Shown here one piece after another: positions 1-11,306 of a stretch of 64,000 nt of DNA (the first letter of the stretch is position 1; each line of letters opens with the position of its first letter). The notes beneath the pieces were generated by a model. The model saw nothing but the letters and a program-made list of their open reading frames with translations. It was not told the DNA's origin and did no database searches. Both the position numbers and the translations under genes were made by a program. Origin of the DNA: Anthoceros angustus. Taxonomy: Eukaryota; Plantae; Anthocerotophyta. The DNA is taken from contig VJWM01000108.1 in NCBI GenBank assembly GCA_010909165.1, positions 372,001 through 436,000 on the forward strand, given 5' to 3'.

Positions 1-3000
1 GTGTAATGCTCAATAGTAGGTTTGATGCCATGCTGTTCAGCCATTGAATCAAAGTTCTTGCGACCCTCACGGACCAGTCCCCCATGACTGCATGCTGCTA
101 GAAGGGAGGTGAAAGTAGCACCATCAGGCTGAATACCGGCAACTAACATCTCCTCAAAACAAGCTAGTGCTCTCTGACCATCATCACAAGTACCATACCC
201 AGATATCAGGGCATTCCATGTCACCGCATTCTTTGTGTTCATGGTGTCAAAAACCTGACGTGCATCGTTCATTTCACCACATTTTGCATACATGTCCACC
301 AGGCAGGTACCCAACACTACGTTATCGAGCAGTCCTCGTCCGACAATCTGTGAGTGCAGCTGCCTGCCCTTCTGTAAGGCACCAGTGCTTCCACAGGCCC
401 TCAGAAGGCATGCAAAAGTAACATGGTTAGCTAAAAGCAAGCCCTCCTGCTCCATTTGTCCATACACAACAAGCGCCTCATGTCCGAGCCCTTGCTGTGC
501 ATACCCAGCAATCAGGGTGGTCCATGTCACCACATTCTTTGTGGCCAAGCTGTCAAAAACCTGGCGGGCATCTTTCAGTTCACCACATTTTGCATACATA
601 TCCACCAGGCAGCTGCCCACCACGACGTCAGCCAGCAGTCCTCTTTCGACAATCTGTGAGTGCAGCTGCCTGCCCTTCTGTATGGCACCGGTGCTTCCAC
701 AGGCCTTAAGAAGGCAAGCAAAAGTAACATGGTCAGCCAGAATAAGGCCTGACTCCTCCATTTGTCCATACACAAACAGTGCCTCTTGGCCGAATCCCTG
801 CTTTGCATACCCAGCAATCAGAGCAGTCCATGTCACCACATTCTTTGTGGACAAACTGTCAAATACCTGGCGTGCATCCTTCAGTTCACCACATTTTGCA
901 TACATGTCCACCAAGCAGGTGCCCACTACTACGTCATCCAGCAGTCCTCTTCAACTACCAGTGAGTGCAGCTGCCTGCCCTTCTGTAAGGCACCAGTGCT
1001 TCCACAGGCCTTCAGAAGGCAAGCAAAAGTAACATGGTCAGCCAAATGAGGCCCTCCTCCTCCATTTGTCCATACACAACAAGCGCCTCTTGGCGAGTCC
1101 TTGCTGTGCATACCCAGCAATCAGGGTCCATGTCACCACATCCTTTGTGGCCAAGCTGTCAAAAACCTGGCGTGCATCTTCCAGTTCACCACATTTTGCA
1201 TACATGTCCACCAGGCAGTTGCCCACCACGTGTCATCCAGCAGTCCTCTTTCACAATCTGTGAGTGCAGCTGCCTGCCCTTCTGTAAGGCACCAGTGCTT
1301 GCACAGGCCTTCAGAAGGCAAAAGTAACATGTCAGCCAAATGAGGCCCGCCTCCTCCATTTGTCCATACACAACAAGCGCCTCTTGGCGAGTCCTTGCTG
1401 TGCATACCCAGCAATCAGGGCATCCATGTCACCACATCCTTTGTGGCATGCTGTCAAAAACCTGGCGTGCATCTTCCAGTTCACCACATTTTGCATACAT
1501 GTCCACCAGGCAGGAGCCCACCTCTACTTCATCCAGCAGTCCTCTTTTGACAATCTGGGAGTGCAGCTGTCTGCCCTTCTGTAAGGCACCGGTGCTTCCA
1601 CAGGCCTTCAGAAGGCAAGCAAAAGTGACATGGTTAGCCAAAAGGAGTCCTTCCTGCTCCATTTGTCCATACACAACAAGCGCCTCATGTCCGAGCCCTT
1701 GCTGCACATAACCTGCAATCAGGGCAGTCCATGTTACCACATCCTTTGTGGCCAAGCTGTCAAAAACCTGGCGTGCATCTTTCAGTTCACCACATTTTGC
1801 ATACATATCCACCAGGCAGTTGCCCAACAAAACACCATCCAGCAGTCCTCTTCAACAATCTGTGAGTGCAGCTGCCTGCCCTTCTGTAAGGCACCAGTGC
1901 TTGCACAGGCCTTCAGAAGGCAAGCAAAAGTAACATGGTTAGCCAAAATCAGGCCCTCCTGCTCCATTTGTCCATACAGACAAGTGCCTCATGTCCGAGC
2001 CCTTGCTGCATACCCAGCTATCAGGGCATTCCATGTCACCACATTCTTTGTGGCCATGCTGTCAAAAACCTGGCGTGCATCTTCAGTTCACCACATTTTG
2101 CATACCCAGATATCAGGGCATTCCATGTCACCACATCCTTTGTGGCCAAGCTGTCAAAAACCTGGCGTGCATCTTTCAGTTCACCACATTTTGCATACAT
2201 ATCCACCAGGCAGTTGCCCAACAAAACACCATCCAGCAGTCCTCTTTCAACAATCTGTGAGTGCAGCTGCCTGCCCTTCTGTGAGGCACCAGTGCTTGCA
2301 CAGGCCTTCAGAAGACAAGTAAAAGTGACTTGGTTAGCCAAAACCAGGCCCTCCTGCTCCATTTGTCCATACAGGACAAGTGCCTCATGTACGAGCCCTT
2401 GCTGGGCATATCCAGCTATCAGGACATTCCATGTCACCACATTCTTTCTGTCCATGCTGTCAAAAATCTGGCGTGCATCTTCCAGTTCACCACATTTCGT
2501 ATACGCAGATATCAGGGCATTCCATGTCACCACATCCTTTGTGGCCAAGCTGTCAAAGGCCTGGCGTGCATCTTTCAGTTCGCCACATTTTGCATACATG
2601 GTCACCAGGGAGTTGCCAACAAATAAGGCAAGAGGACTGCCACTGTGCAACACATCATAGTGCACTTTTCTGCCAGATTCCAAGTCCGCAGCAAATGCAC
2701 AAGCTTGAAGGGCAGCCACAAAGACGTGAGCATCCGCCTTCACCCCTGACCTGCGCATCTTATGGTACAGCTGTATGGCTTCATTAGGTTTCCCATGCTT
2801 AGCATGTGCAGAGATTATGGAAAACCACATGAAGGCATTTGGTTTGCCAACCCTGGTGAACACATCCATGGCCTCCTGCAGCCTACCTCCAGATGCATAC
2901 ATGCGCAGGATATGGTTCCCCAAGTATGCATCCAACTCGTACCCAAGTCTCATAATGAGGTCATGAACTCGTCGCCCCACAACCAGATCCTTCTTTGCTG

Positions 3001-3610
3001 TACACAGTTTCAGCAAAGTGCAAAACAGAGACTGAGATATAACTGAGTCTGTCTCCGCCAGAGATTCCAGGGCACCAACGGCCTCAGAAAGCTTCCCCTG
3101 CTGACATAAATTGCTCAGAGTTACAGCCGTAACGACGCCCATTTCCGAACCTGCAAGCCTGCCAGGTTCAGGCTTATCCGGAGAGCTGGACTTGGAAGGA
3201 GAGGCACCATGACCCATCTGCATATCCAAGGAAACGAGCTGCTCATCAACCCAAGCTGGCTTAAACATGTCGTTTAACCACAGGACCTCGCCGGACCCCT
3301 TACGCCGAAAGTCCGGCGAATGGGAGCTCCTCTTACCTCGTCTGTTGTCCCACCACATAGTAGGGTCCAGAAAAAGTTGTTGCCACAAGAGCTCCTGCTG
3401 CTGGCAACGGCCATGGCTGGAAAACCCGTCCCGACCCACACATTCTCTCGGAAGCGGAAGTGCTGGGCTCTTTAGACTGCTGCATCTGGAGGCTTTGTTT
3501 GCCAGGAGATGACTCCCTAAGGTGAGGTGAGCGGGGGCTCCTGGTAGAATCCCTGGATACACACCAATTTGTTGGGTCCACAACGGGTCCGGATGCCATA
3601 CTGAGGCCAT
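1..3610 (-). CDS. PLS-class PPR protein with N-terminal OSB-type PDF motif; multiple frameshifts at about 940-2100 (pseudogene or assembly error); 3' end lies beyond window start
   Basis: ORF 2036-3610 has WWDNR...PDF...LWL...PAWV followed by L/S/P/SS repeats. Fragments 1429-1830, 1038-1229 and 575-817 continue the same repeats in shifting frames. Bases 1-230 translate on the minus strand to P2/L2 (AVTWNALISGYGTCDDGQRALACFEEMLVAGIQPDGATFTSLLAACSHGGLVREGRKNFDSMAEQHGIKPTIEHY). Confidence 0.8.
180..2600 (-). repeat. Tandem array of about 7 near-identical ~303-bp P-L-S triplet units plus extra ~93-bp SS units
   Basis: The anchor gcaagcaaaagtaacatggt or a close variant recurs at about 411, 714, 1019, 1317, 1617, 1920 and 2315. 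Confidence 0.9.
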
Positions 3611-4175
3611 CGTTCAGGGACTGTTGTTGGATAATGCGGATAACAACAGAGTACCTATGTATGCATGGTTGGCGTTCCCATATGCCGTTCCCATCAAGAC
3701 CAAGAGTACGGCTTTCCAGCTTCGCCATCTCGCCTGAGACGAGACATCCACCGTGATGACGAACGTCCGCTGAGACATCCACCATGCATCAACATATCCA
3801 CCCCATGCCTACTCGCCGAAGCTCCAGATCTAAATCTTCAGACCTCTAAAATCAAGAGGCTCCCTACCACAATCCATCGAACGAGGATAAGTAGCCATAC
3901 CAACCCAGGTAGCTATCCAAGCAACAGAACCAACGACCCATGTAAGAACGTGCAAAATTGAAAGGTCTCAAAACAAAATATTATGCCCCAAAGTATGTAC
4001 TCCGGTGCCGGGATTTCAACCCACCTTACCCGGATAGGAGGTAACATTCCTAGCAGGCAACAACAACAACCACATTTGTATTCATGGCCACTAAGGGTGG
4101 AAGAATCATTATGGACAGAAATTATATAGCTGAAAAGTGATAAGAGAAAGATATATACATACGTCCCAACTAGAT

Positions 4176-4847
4176 AGATTGAAACAATGATGAAGGAAGT
4201 AATGCAAAACGAAGTCAGGAAAATAACCAAATCAATCAATCAATTGTCTAAAAAACTACGCAGTCAAGAATTAAAAAGATTGAAACTATGATGGAAAAAG
4301 TAATGCAACACGAAGTCACAGAAATAACTAAATCAATCAATCAATTTTCTAAATAACTACGCAATCAAGAATTGAAAACAATCAACTTATCTCCATGGGG
4401 AAAGGCTACGAACAGCTTAAATATAGGTCTTGTTTTTTCTTATGTTGCCATTGCAATAGTGTAAGATCTTCTTGTTTGTCGTACAAATTGATATCGCTAC
4501 AAATTGAGATCGTATAATATGTATCTAGTCGTACGAATTGTTGTTAAAAATATCTTGTATGGAAGTATATAAACGTATCTAAAATAATCAAGTGCTATAT
4601 TTATAGACATAAAATAGTCAAGTATAATATTTATACACCCAAAATAATCAAGTACAATATTTATACATCTAAAATAATCAAGTACGAGAGGAAAATGACG
4701 AGTGGATGAAAAACACGGTGCCATATTGGCGACCGACGAACGATGTTTCATAGTGTCGACGAGAAAAAATAAAATGTTGGCTGAAAGAATACAAGATGTT
4801 TCATAGTGTCGACGAGAAAAAATAAAATGTTGGCTGAAAGAATACAA
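4176..4847. repeat. AT-rich short tandem duplications (101 bp x2 at 4176-4377; 30 bp x~3.5 at 4581-4685; 53 bp x2 at 4742-4847)
   Basis: Direct repeats read from the sequence, e.g. aaaata(a/g)tcaagt at 4581, 4611, 4641, 4671. Confidence 0.85.
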
Positions 4848-5380
4848 AGTGCCCGGAATGGGACACTTGAAGAAAGACATGAGAGAAGACATGAAGGACC
4901 AATACGGGTCAACGGAAATAAAATGGCAGCCCACTCCAAGGACCCTATGGATCGCAAGCGTTCGCTTTCGACCCGGTTCTAACCCATGTCGATATAATCA
5001 ATTGAACATCCTCCGGATAGAATCCAATGTGGTGATCAGTTGGTTAACGTAAGCACATAATGATTAGAGTTCAGTTCGGCTTCTGAGAAGCTGAACTGAA
5101 TTTTTGCAAAAAAACCCAAGGTTCGACGAACTATGAGGTTAAAATACGTAGTTTTACAGTGCACACGTTACATTTTGAACACTAATCCACTTCGTCTCGT
5201 ACAAATTTCTCGTTCTTACATCAGTGGTGGGTGGACTTAGGGTGGGCAGTTTCATGATGGGCGGGTTCACGGTGGGGTTCCCAAAATTCAAGGAGCTTTG
5301 CGAGCTCCTTGAACCCTAAGAACGTTCTAAAGCTCAAAGCTATTCCTGTGGCAGTGCATCTACGCAACCATGTTGTGCAA

Positions 5381-5790
5381 CTGATTCACACACGCGAAGA
5401 GATGCTTGCACATTTAGCCTCGAATACAATGGAATACGTGCCAAAAAAATGAAGGCCGCTTGCACATTTAGCCTCGAATACAATGGAATACGTGCCAAAA
5501 AAATGAAGACCTTAGTGGAGTCTCAAACGGGTAACTTGGGGTAATTTCTATCCAGTTCAATTCGATGGCCTGTCCGGGGGATCATGGTTTGTCATTTTCA
5601 ATTCGTTTGACACTGATTCACACACGCGAAGAGATGCTTGCACATTTAGTCTCGAATACAATGGAATACGTGCCAAAAAAATGAAGACCTTAGTTGGGTC
5701 TCAAACGAGTAACTTGGGGTAATTTCTATCAAGTTCAATTCGATGGCCTGTTCGGGGAATCATGGTTTGTCATTTTCAATTCGTTTGACA
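5381..5790. repeat. ~178-bp tandem duplication; the first copy has an internal ~54-bp duplication
   Basis: ctgattcacacacgcgaagagatgcttgcac starts at 5381 and 5613; both copies end ttcaattcgtttgaca. Confidence 0.85.
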
Positions 5791-6329
5791 ATTCAATTCA
5801 ATCTCGCAACTGAACTATTCAAGTTGGAGTTGAACTGTCTAGTTGGCACACGGTTGGTGTAACTGAATTATGAAACTGAACGAGCGTCACTTCGGGGGGA
5901 ACTACCAGTTCATTGGGGTCCGAAACAAAACCAAAACTTTGCGGGATGTGTATGGCATTACGGCCCCGGTATGCCATGCGCTTGAACTCACCAATGTATT
6001 GAAGCAATTGCCATTGAACCCTCTCATTTCAAACACAAGTCTATTTCTTTTTTTTTTTCAGTATATTTTGTAGCGATCCAAGGCTTTAATAGATAAAATA
6101 TTAACACTAATCTCGATCTAGATTTGGGAATGAGGTTTCAACATACATAACCAAACCTAGGAGAAAAACAGTGTTTTTGTACAAGGGGCATTCTCATACT
6201 ACATATGTACTCAGTCTATGTCGCAAAGAGTTTCGATCTTTTTGACCCACAATTTTCTATCTTACGAATTGCATATTTGTAGTTCATTCTAGAGTTTTTT
6301 TTTCTGCCATTTAGATCAAAAAAGTCATT

Positions 6330-6863
6330 TCATAATTTAGTAATTCTCTTTGCCAACAAGTCTGTCACCAGGGCCAATTCCCGTCCAAATGTTGCACACC
6401 TATTCAATAATGCCTTTGCTCTATCAACCTCATTGTGTCGGAGCTCAAACTTGATGTAGTGTCCCCATCGGTACCCATGGTGGTCTGGCTCCAACATCAT
6501 CCACCTCTCAAAAATGTCTCTGGCACCAACAATGTTACCCAACATCTCCTCCATGTGGATGTACTCGTGCCACAAGTAGTTTATCCTAAGCAAAGACACA
6601 GCTCGGCACCAGACATCCCTGGCGTGGTTGAAGAACCCATTCTTCATCTCCATCTTTGCATATTGGAACCATAGTATATCGTTTTGGTAGTCCACCTCCA
6701 ATGCCCTCTCCCAAATCCACCTAGCGCGGGTGAAGTTGTGTTGCTCCTCCTCCCATTCCGCATACTCAACCCACATGCTCAAATTCCATGGCCCCTGTTG
6801 AATTTGGTCCTCAAACTTCTTCCTGTGCGACCGAACGTATTCTGCTTGCGACTTTGACAACAT
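6330..6863 (-). pseudogene. Truncated, intronless crooked-neck-like (CRN/CLF1/CRNKL1) HAT-repeat fragment, 177 aa
   Basis: RKKFEDQI...WVEYAEWEEEQHNFTRARWIWERALEVDYQNDILWFQYAKMEMKNGFFNHARDVWCRAV...WHEYIHMEEMLGNIVGARDIFERWM matches the N-terminal HAT repeats of CRN. It stops after about 4 repeats, whereas full CRN is roughly 650-700 aa. Confidence 0.75.
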
Positions 6864-7907
6864 GGTTGTGGCTGCCGCAACTTCTCTAAGGTTTGAGGGA
6901 GGGTTTTTAATCCTAAATTTACTCCTATGATTTCACAAAGTACTAAAAAATAGAGAATTCAAGAGATGAAAATAAAATCCATCTATTATATTGTAGCTCA
7001 ATTTATGACTCTTGGGCCCAACTACGTGTTTACTCCACCTCAGATTACGACACAAAGCCCTCACTCGCACCCCACGTCCTCTTGCTGCTGCTCTTTATTG
7101 TTCAAAGGGTGCGTACGCTCACTAGACTATGGGTGTGGGCATTGCAACATTCACAATATCATAAAGCTTGGCTACAAAAGGCCCTTCTAGTTGCTGAGAT
7201 TTATCATTAGAATGTTAAAATGCTTTCACCCTAACAAGCTCCCTCAATCCGAAAGCATACCCTGTTGATAATCATCTTTTACTTCTACGAACTAGCTCTT
7301 TTATATACAACAGCTGATTTCGAACATGGCAGTCACTATAAGTAAAGGCAGGACTCTATGCAACCACATTCTTCTCTTGAACTTCCCCGTTTGGTAGTCT
7401 CTTTCTCTAGAAGATGCAACGTCTACCTATGAGTTGTCTCCGAACTCGGAAGTTACTATATACATCCTAGGACTCTATGCAAACCACATATCATCTCTTG
7501 GACATCCTCTTTGAGCAGTCTCTTTTTGCATACGAGTGATCTAGCACATTCCTAGTCCAAAATACTTTTAGACTAGGTACCTTCTTTCTTTTTCATCAGA
7601 ATTTGAAGGCTTTATAGTAAGGGATGTGATGCTAATCACATATTCGCACTTGATCGTTTCATAATACCGGCACACTTGGCTTTCTATTTAGCATTACACT
7701 AGAGTAAAATCTAGAAAGATAAAATTTATTTACATTTGATTTTATCTTAAAAAATATTTTTAATATTATAATACGTGTTGGGATGTGCATAGTAACTACG
7801 TCCGTAGTCACGGGATGTACCTGTAGTCACAGGATCCGCAAGCTGCATCGGTGCACGTGTTGTGCAGGCTCATGAGCTGCGGTGGCACCAGTATAGGGTG
7901 ATTCGCA

Positions 7908-7998
7908 TTAATTAATTAAAATTAATTAAAATTAAATGAGTATACTTAAATGAGTATACTTAAAATGAGTATACTTAAAAATGAGTATACTTAAAATG
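7908..7998. repeat. AT-rich minisatellite, aaatgagtatactta x4
   Basis: Four adjacent copies with variable A-run length. Confidence 0.8.
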
Positions 7999-8429
7999 TT
8001 GAATATATAAAAATTTATGAGTTTAAGATGCCAAAAATAAGGAAACTAGGGTTTGTGTGGAAAATTAGAGCCTGTTTAGGGGAGGTCTATACATATCCAT
8101 TAGTTTTATATATATGCTTATATATTTTAATAAATATTGAAAATTGATAAAATTATTTTTCGTAAATATTAAAATTTCGAAAATATAAATATCTTTGTTG
8201 AACCCTATGTTTTTCAAAAAATAATTATTTCGACATTATCCTGTTGAATCACCCCTCGGGGTAGAGTATAGTCGTAATCGTTAAAATCTCTAACTCAGGT
8301 TTTAGGTACGTCGGATTTCATATTCATGTTGGCACGCGAAAAATCTCGGAGACCTTGAATTCAATCTTGAAGACTGGAAGCTCGCGCCGGAGTGGTGTCG
8401 ATGTCGTAGGTCCCGATTCCCCTAGAGGA

Positions 8430-10679
8430 ATGCGGCACTGCGGCAAAATGCAGAGTCCCACGTCCTCGTCTTCCTGGATGAGTGCAGAATGTGTGCTTCG
8501 TAACGCCCCTGGCGGCCATGTGCGATGTGGTTCAAGCCCGGTCGCTTCCCCCTCACGCTATGGAGGCAGCTGGACGGAGGATGGGGTTACCCCGGAGAGA
8601 GCGCGGCAGGAGCTCTTGTGGCATCACTTTTTTTCAAATCCGTCACACTGGTGGGACAACAGGTCAGGCAAGAAGAGCCCGCACCATCCCGACTTCAGGC
8701 ACAAAACCTCCAACGAGCCGTTGTGGCTGGACAATGATCTTAAGCCCGCCTGGGTGCCTGGTGATGAGGGGAAGGGTAAGGAGGAGGCGTGGTATTTGGT
8801 GGAGCTGCCGCAATTGGCTAGGGCCGCAGCGGGAGCGGGAGGTGCAGTCGAGGATTTGCTGGTTCGGGATCTGGTCACACGCTGTGAGAAGGCGGAGCTG
8901 AGGGAAGCTGTGGACGCCTTGGATGAACTTGTGCAGCGGGGATGTTATGTGAGCCGCACTCTTTTCTATCGAGTTCTGAAAAGGTGCGTGGCGGACAAGG
9001 ATCTTGGTTGCGGCAGGCGCGTGCATTCTCTTGCCCTGACGAGGGGGTTGGGGTCCAATGAGTTCTTGGCTAATCATGTGATTGGTATGTATGCGGCTCA
9101 CGGCAAGCTGGAGGAAGCTGTGCAGGCGTTCAGAGGTGTGACTACGCCAGATGTTTACATGTGGTCTTCCATCATTTCGGCGCATGCCAGACACGGAGGG
9201 CCGAAGCAGGCACTGGATTTCTATCGGCAGATGAAAGAATCAGGTACAGGTGTTGAGCCGGACAACCATGTCTTTGTAGCAGCTCTTACGGCGTGTGCCT
9301 CTGCAGAGGATTTGGTTGCCGGCAAGGAGGTGCATGGTGACATTCAGGCCAGTGCTGTGGAGGCCGATGTTTTCGTTGGCAACAGCTTGGTGAATATGTA
9401 TGCTAAGTGTGGCAGCTTGGATGATGCTCGCAAAGTGTTTGACAGCTTGTCCAGACGGGATGTGGTGACGTGGAATGCCTTGATAGCAGGATATTCTCGG
9501 CAGGGGCAAGGGCGAGAAGCCCTGGCTTTGTATTCGAGTATGCAACATGAGGGCAAAACTCCAGCTGATAGTGTCACATTTGTGTCTCTTTTACAGGCAT
9601 GTGCTAGTGTTGGAGCGCTGCAGCAGGGGATGCAGCTTCACTCGCAGATTCGGGCGAAAGGTCTCGAAAGTGATGTCTTCATCGGCAGTTGCCTGGTGGA
9701 CATGTACTCGAAGTGCGGGAATATGGACGAGGCCCGCAAAGTGTTCACCGGTTTGCCCAGGAGAGATGTGGTGACTTGGAATGCCCTCCTCAATGGCTAC
9801 GCTGTGCACAGTGACGTCCACAAGGCGATCCGGTGCTTTGAAGAGATGTTGCAGCAGGGTGTTCAGCCTGACGATACGACTTTCACTGCCCTCTTGGTGG
9901 CATGCAGTCACGCAGGGCTGGTGCATGAGGGGCAGCGGTTCTTCACTATGATGGTGCAGGACCATGGCATTGTGCCAGCGGATCGGCATTACATGTGCAT
10001 GGTGGATCTCCTCGGTCGTGCAGGCCAACTGGACAAGGCAGAGGATATGTTGCGGGGTAGGTCACTTGCCAATGACGTGGGCTGGACAGCTTTGCTGACT
10101 GCTTGCAAAAGCTATGGTGACGTAGAGCGAGGTCGACGGTGTTTCGACCACCTTGTGCAATTGGCACCTGATGATGCAAGTTCATATTCCCTGTTGGGGA
10201 ACCTTTATGCCAACGCAGGCAGGTGGGAGGAGGTGGGTCAGATAGAAAACTTGAGAAAAACAGCCGGCGCTGTGAAGAAAGCTGCCAAGGCATGCATTGA
10301 ATTGCAAAGCCAGGTGCACGAGTTCACCGTAGGGGAAGAAAGGTCTGACATCAGGCCCAAGCTGAGAGACGTTAATACGAGGCTGAAGGAGGAAGGGGGC
10401 CATGTGCCGCAGACACAGTTGGTGCTGAAGGCCCTGTCTGAGCAGGAGAAGGAGGATGCGCTGTGTGGACATGCAGAGAAGCTTGCCTTGGCATATGGTT
10501 TGCTCAACACACCAGATGGTGCCACCTTGCTAGTCACCAAAAATCTTCGTATGTGCGATGATTGCCACAGTAGCACTAAGGTCATGTCGCGCCTTGAGAA
10601 GCGAGAGATCATAGTCAGGGATTCTCACAGAGTACACACATTCGTGGCGGGGTCTTGTTCATGCGGAGATCGGATTTGA
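8430..10679 (+). CDS. PLS-class PPR-E1-E2-DYW:KP protein (C-terminus DRI) with intact N-terminal OSB-type PDF motif
   Basis: Single ORF 8355-10679; first ATG at 8430, true start uncertain. PDF motif QELLWHHFFSNPSHWWDNRSGKKSPHHPDFRHKTSNEPLWLDNDLKPAWV; about 11 PPR motifs; KKAAKACIE box, CGHAEKLA, CDDC, SCSCGDRI. Confidence 0.92.
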   Translation: MRHCGKMQSPTSSSSWMSAECVLRNAPGGHVRCGSSPVASPSRYGGSWTEDGVTPERARQELLWHHFFSNPSHWWDNRSGKKSPHHPDFRHKTSNEPLWLDNDLKPAWVPGDEGKGKEEAWYLVELPQLARAAAGAGGAVEDLLVRDLVTRCEKAELREAVDALDELVQRGCYVSRTLFYRVLKRCVADKDLGCGRRVHSLALTRGLGSNEFLANHVIGMYAAHGKLEEAVQAFRGVTTPDVYMWSSIISAHARHGGPKQALDFYRQMKESGTGVEPDNHVFVAALTACASAEDLVAGKEVHGDIQASAVEADVFVGNSLVNMYAKCGSLDDARKVFDSLSRRDVVTWNALIAGYSRQGQGREALALYSSMQHEGKTPADSVTFVSLLQACASVGALQQGMQLHSQIRAKGLESDVFIGSCLVDMYSKCGNMDEARKVFTGLPRRDVVTWNALLNGYAVHSDVHKAIRCFEEMLQQGVQPDDTTFTALLVACSHAGLVHEGQRFFTMMVQDHGIVPADRHYMCMVDLLGRAGQLDKAEDMLRGRSLANDVGWTALLTACKSYGDVERGRRCFDHLVQLAPDDASSYSLLGNLYANAGRWEEVGQIENLRKTAGAVKKAAKACIELQSQVHEFTVGEERSDIRPKLRDVNTRLKEEGGHVPQTQLVLKALSEQEKEDALCGHAEKLALAYGLLNTPDGATLLVTKNLRMCDDCHSSTKVMSRLEKREIIVRDSHRVHTFVAGSCSCGDRI

Positions 10680-11306
10680 CACTTTCTCCCCCTCGCGAGA
10701 GGAGTATCCAAAGGTGGGATTCCCCGCAGCTGAAATGTCCACTGCCAACTGGAGACCAAGACTTGGGCAAGCTGGTGGGACGGCTATCTCGGGACACGCT
10801 TTTGTGAAGGCAGTCGGTTCAAAATCGACCCATTTTGGAACCCCCGCATGTCCATTGTACCAACCGAACAATGATCCTTACATCCATACATGACCTGAAT
10901 TTATTATGTCCAAGTCACTTAAACTCAATGCAGTGTGCATTATGTATTAGGAACCTAATAAAGTTAACTGTATGGCTCGCCTGGACTCAGGTGCGCTCCC
11001 GCGCTTTTCCCTCTGCGCTCTACTGGGGAAGCGGAGGCCTCCTCGGTAGCCTTGTCTTCGGGCTGCGGCAGCCGGAGGCTTTTATCCTCGGCACACCTTG
11101 TGGTTGTGCGGAGGATCCTTCCGGGCACGCCTCCTGAATGTGCTCGCGCTGATAAAGGATGTTCATAATTCTTTGTTGCGGTTGCAGCACCATCCCGTGC
11201 CATTCGCTTGCCTGTGTCTTGTGGGCGACGAAGAGGAAGGTCTCCAGCTGACATCTAGGTCGGTGATAGCTTGAATTGGAGAGGAGGCAGTTCAGGGTTT
11301 TGAAGG

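Noticed and set aside
167-2787. Long plus-strand ORFs (292-1032, 1630-2322, 1935-2660) and similar antisense ORFs over the other PPR genes
   Set aside because: They are antisense shadows of repetitive PPR codons with no independent domain signature.
5070-5100. Hairpin ttcagttcggcttct/agaagctgaactgaa as a Helitron 3' end or terminator
   Set aside because: No CTRR terminus follows and no matching 5' TC end or Rep/helicase was found.
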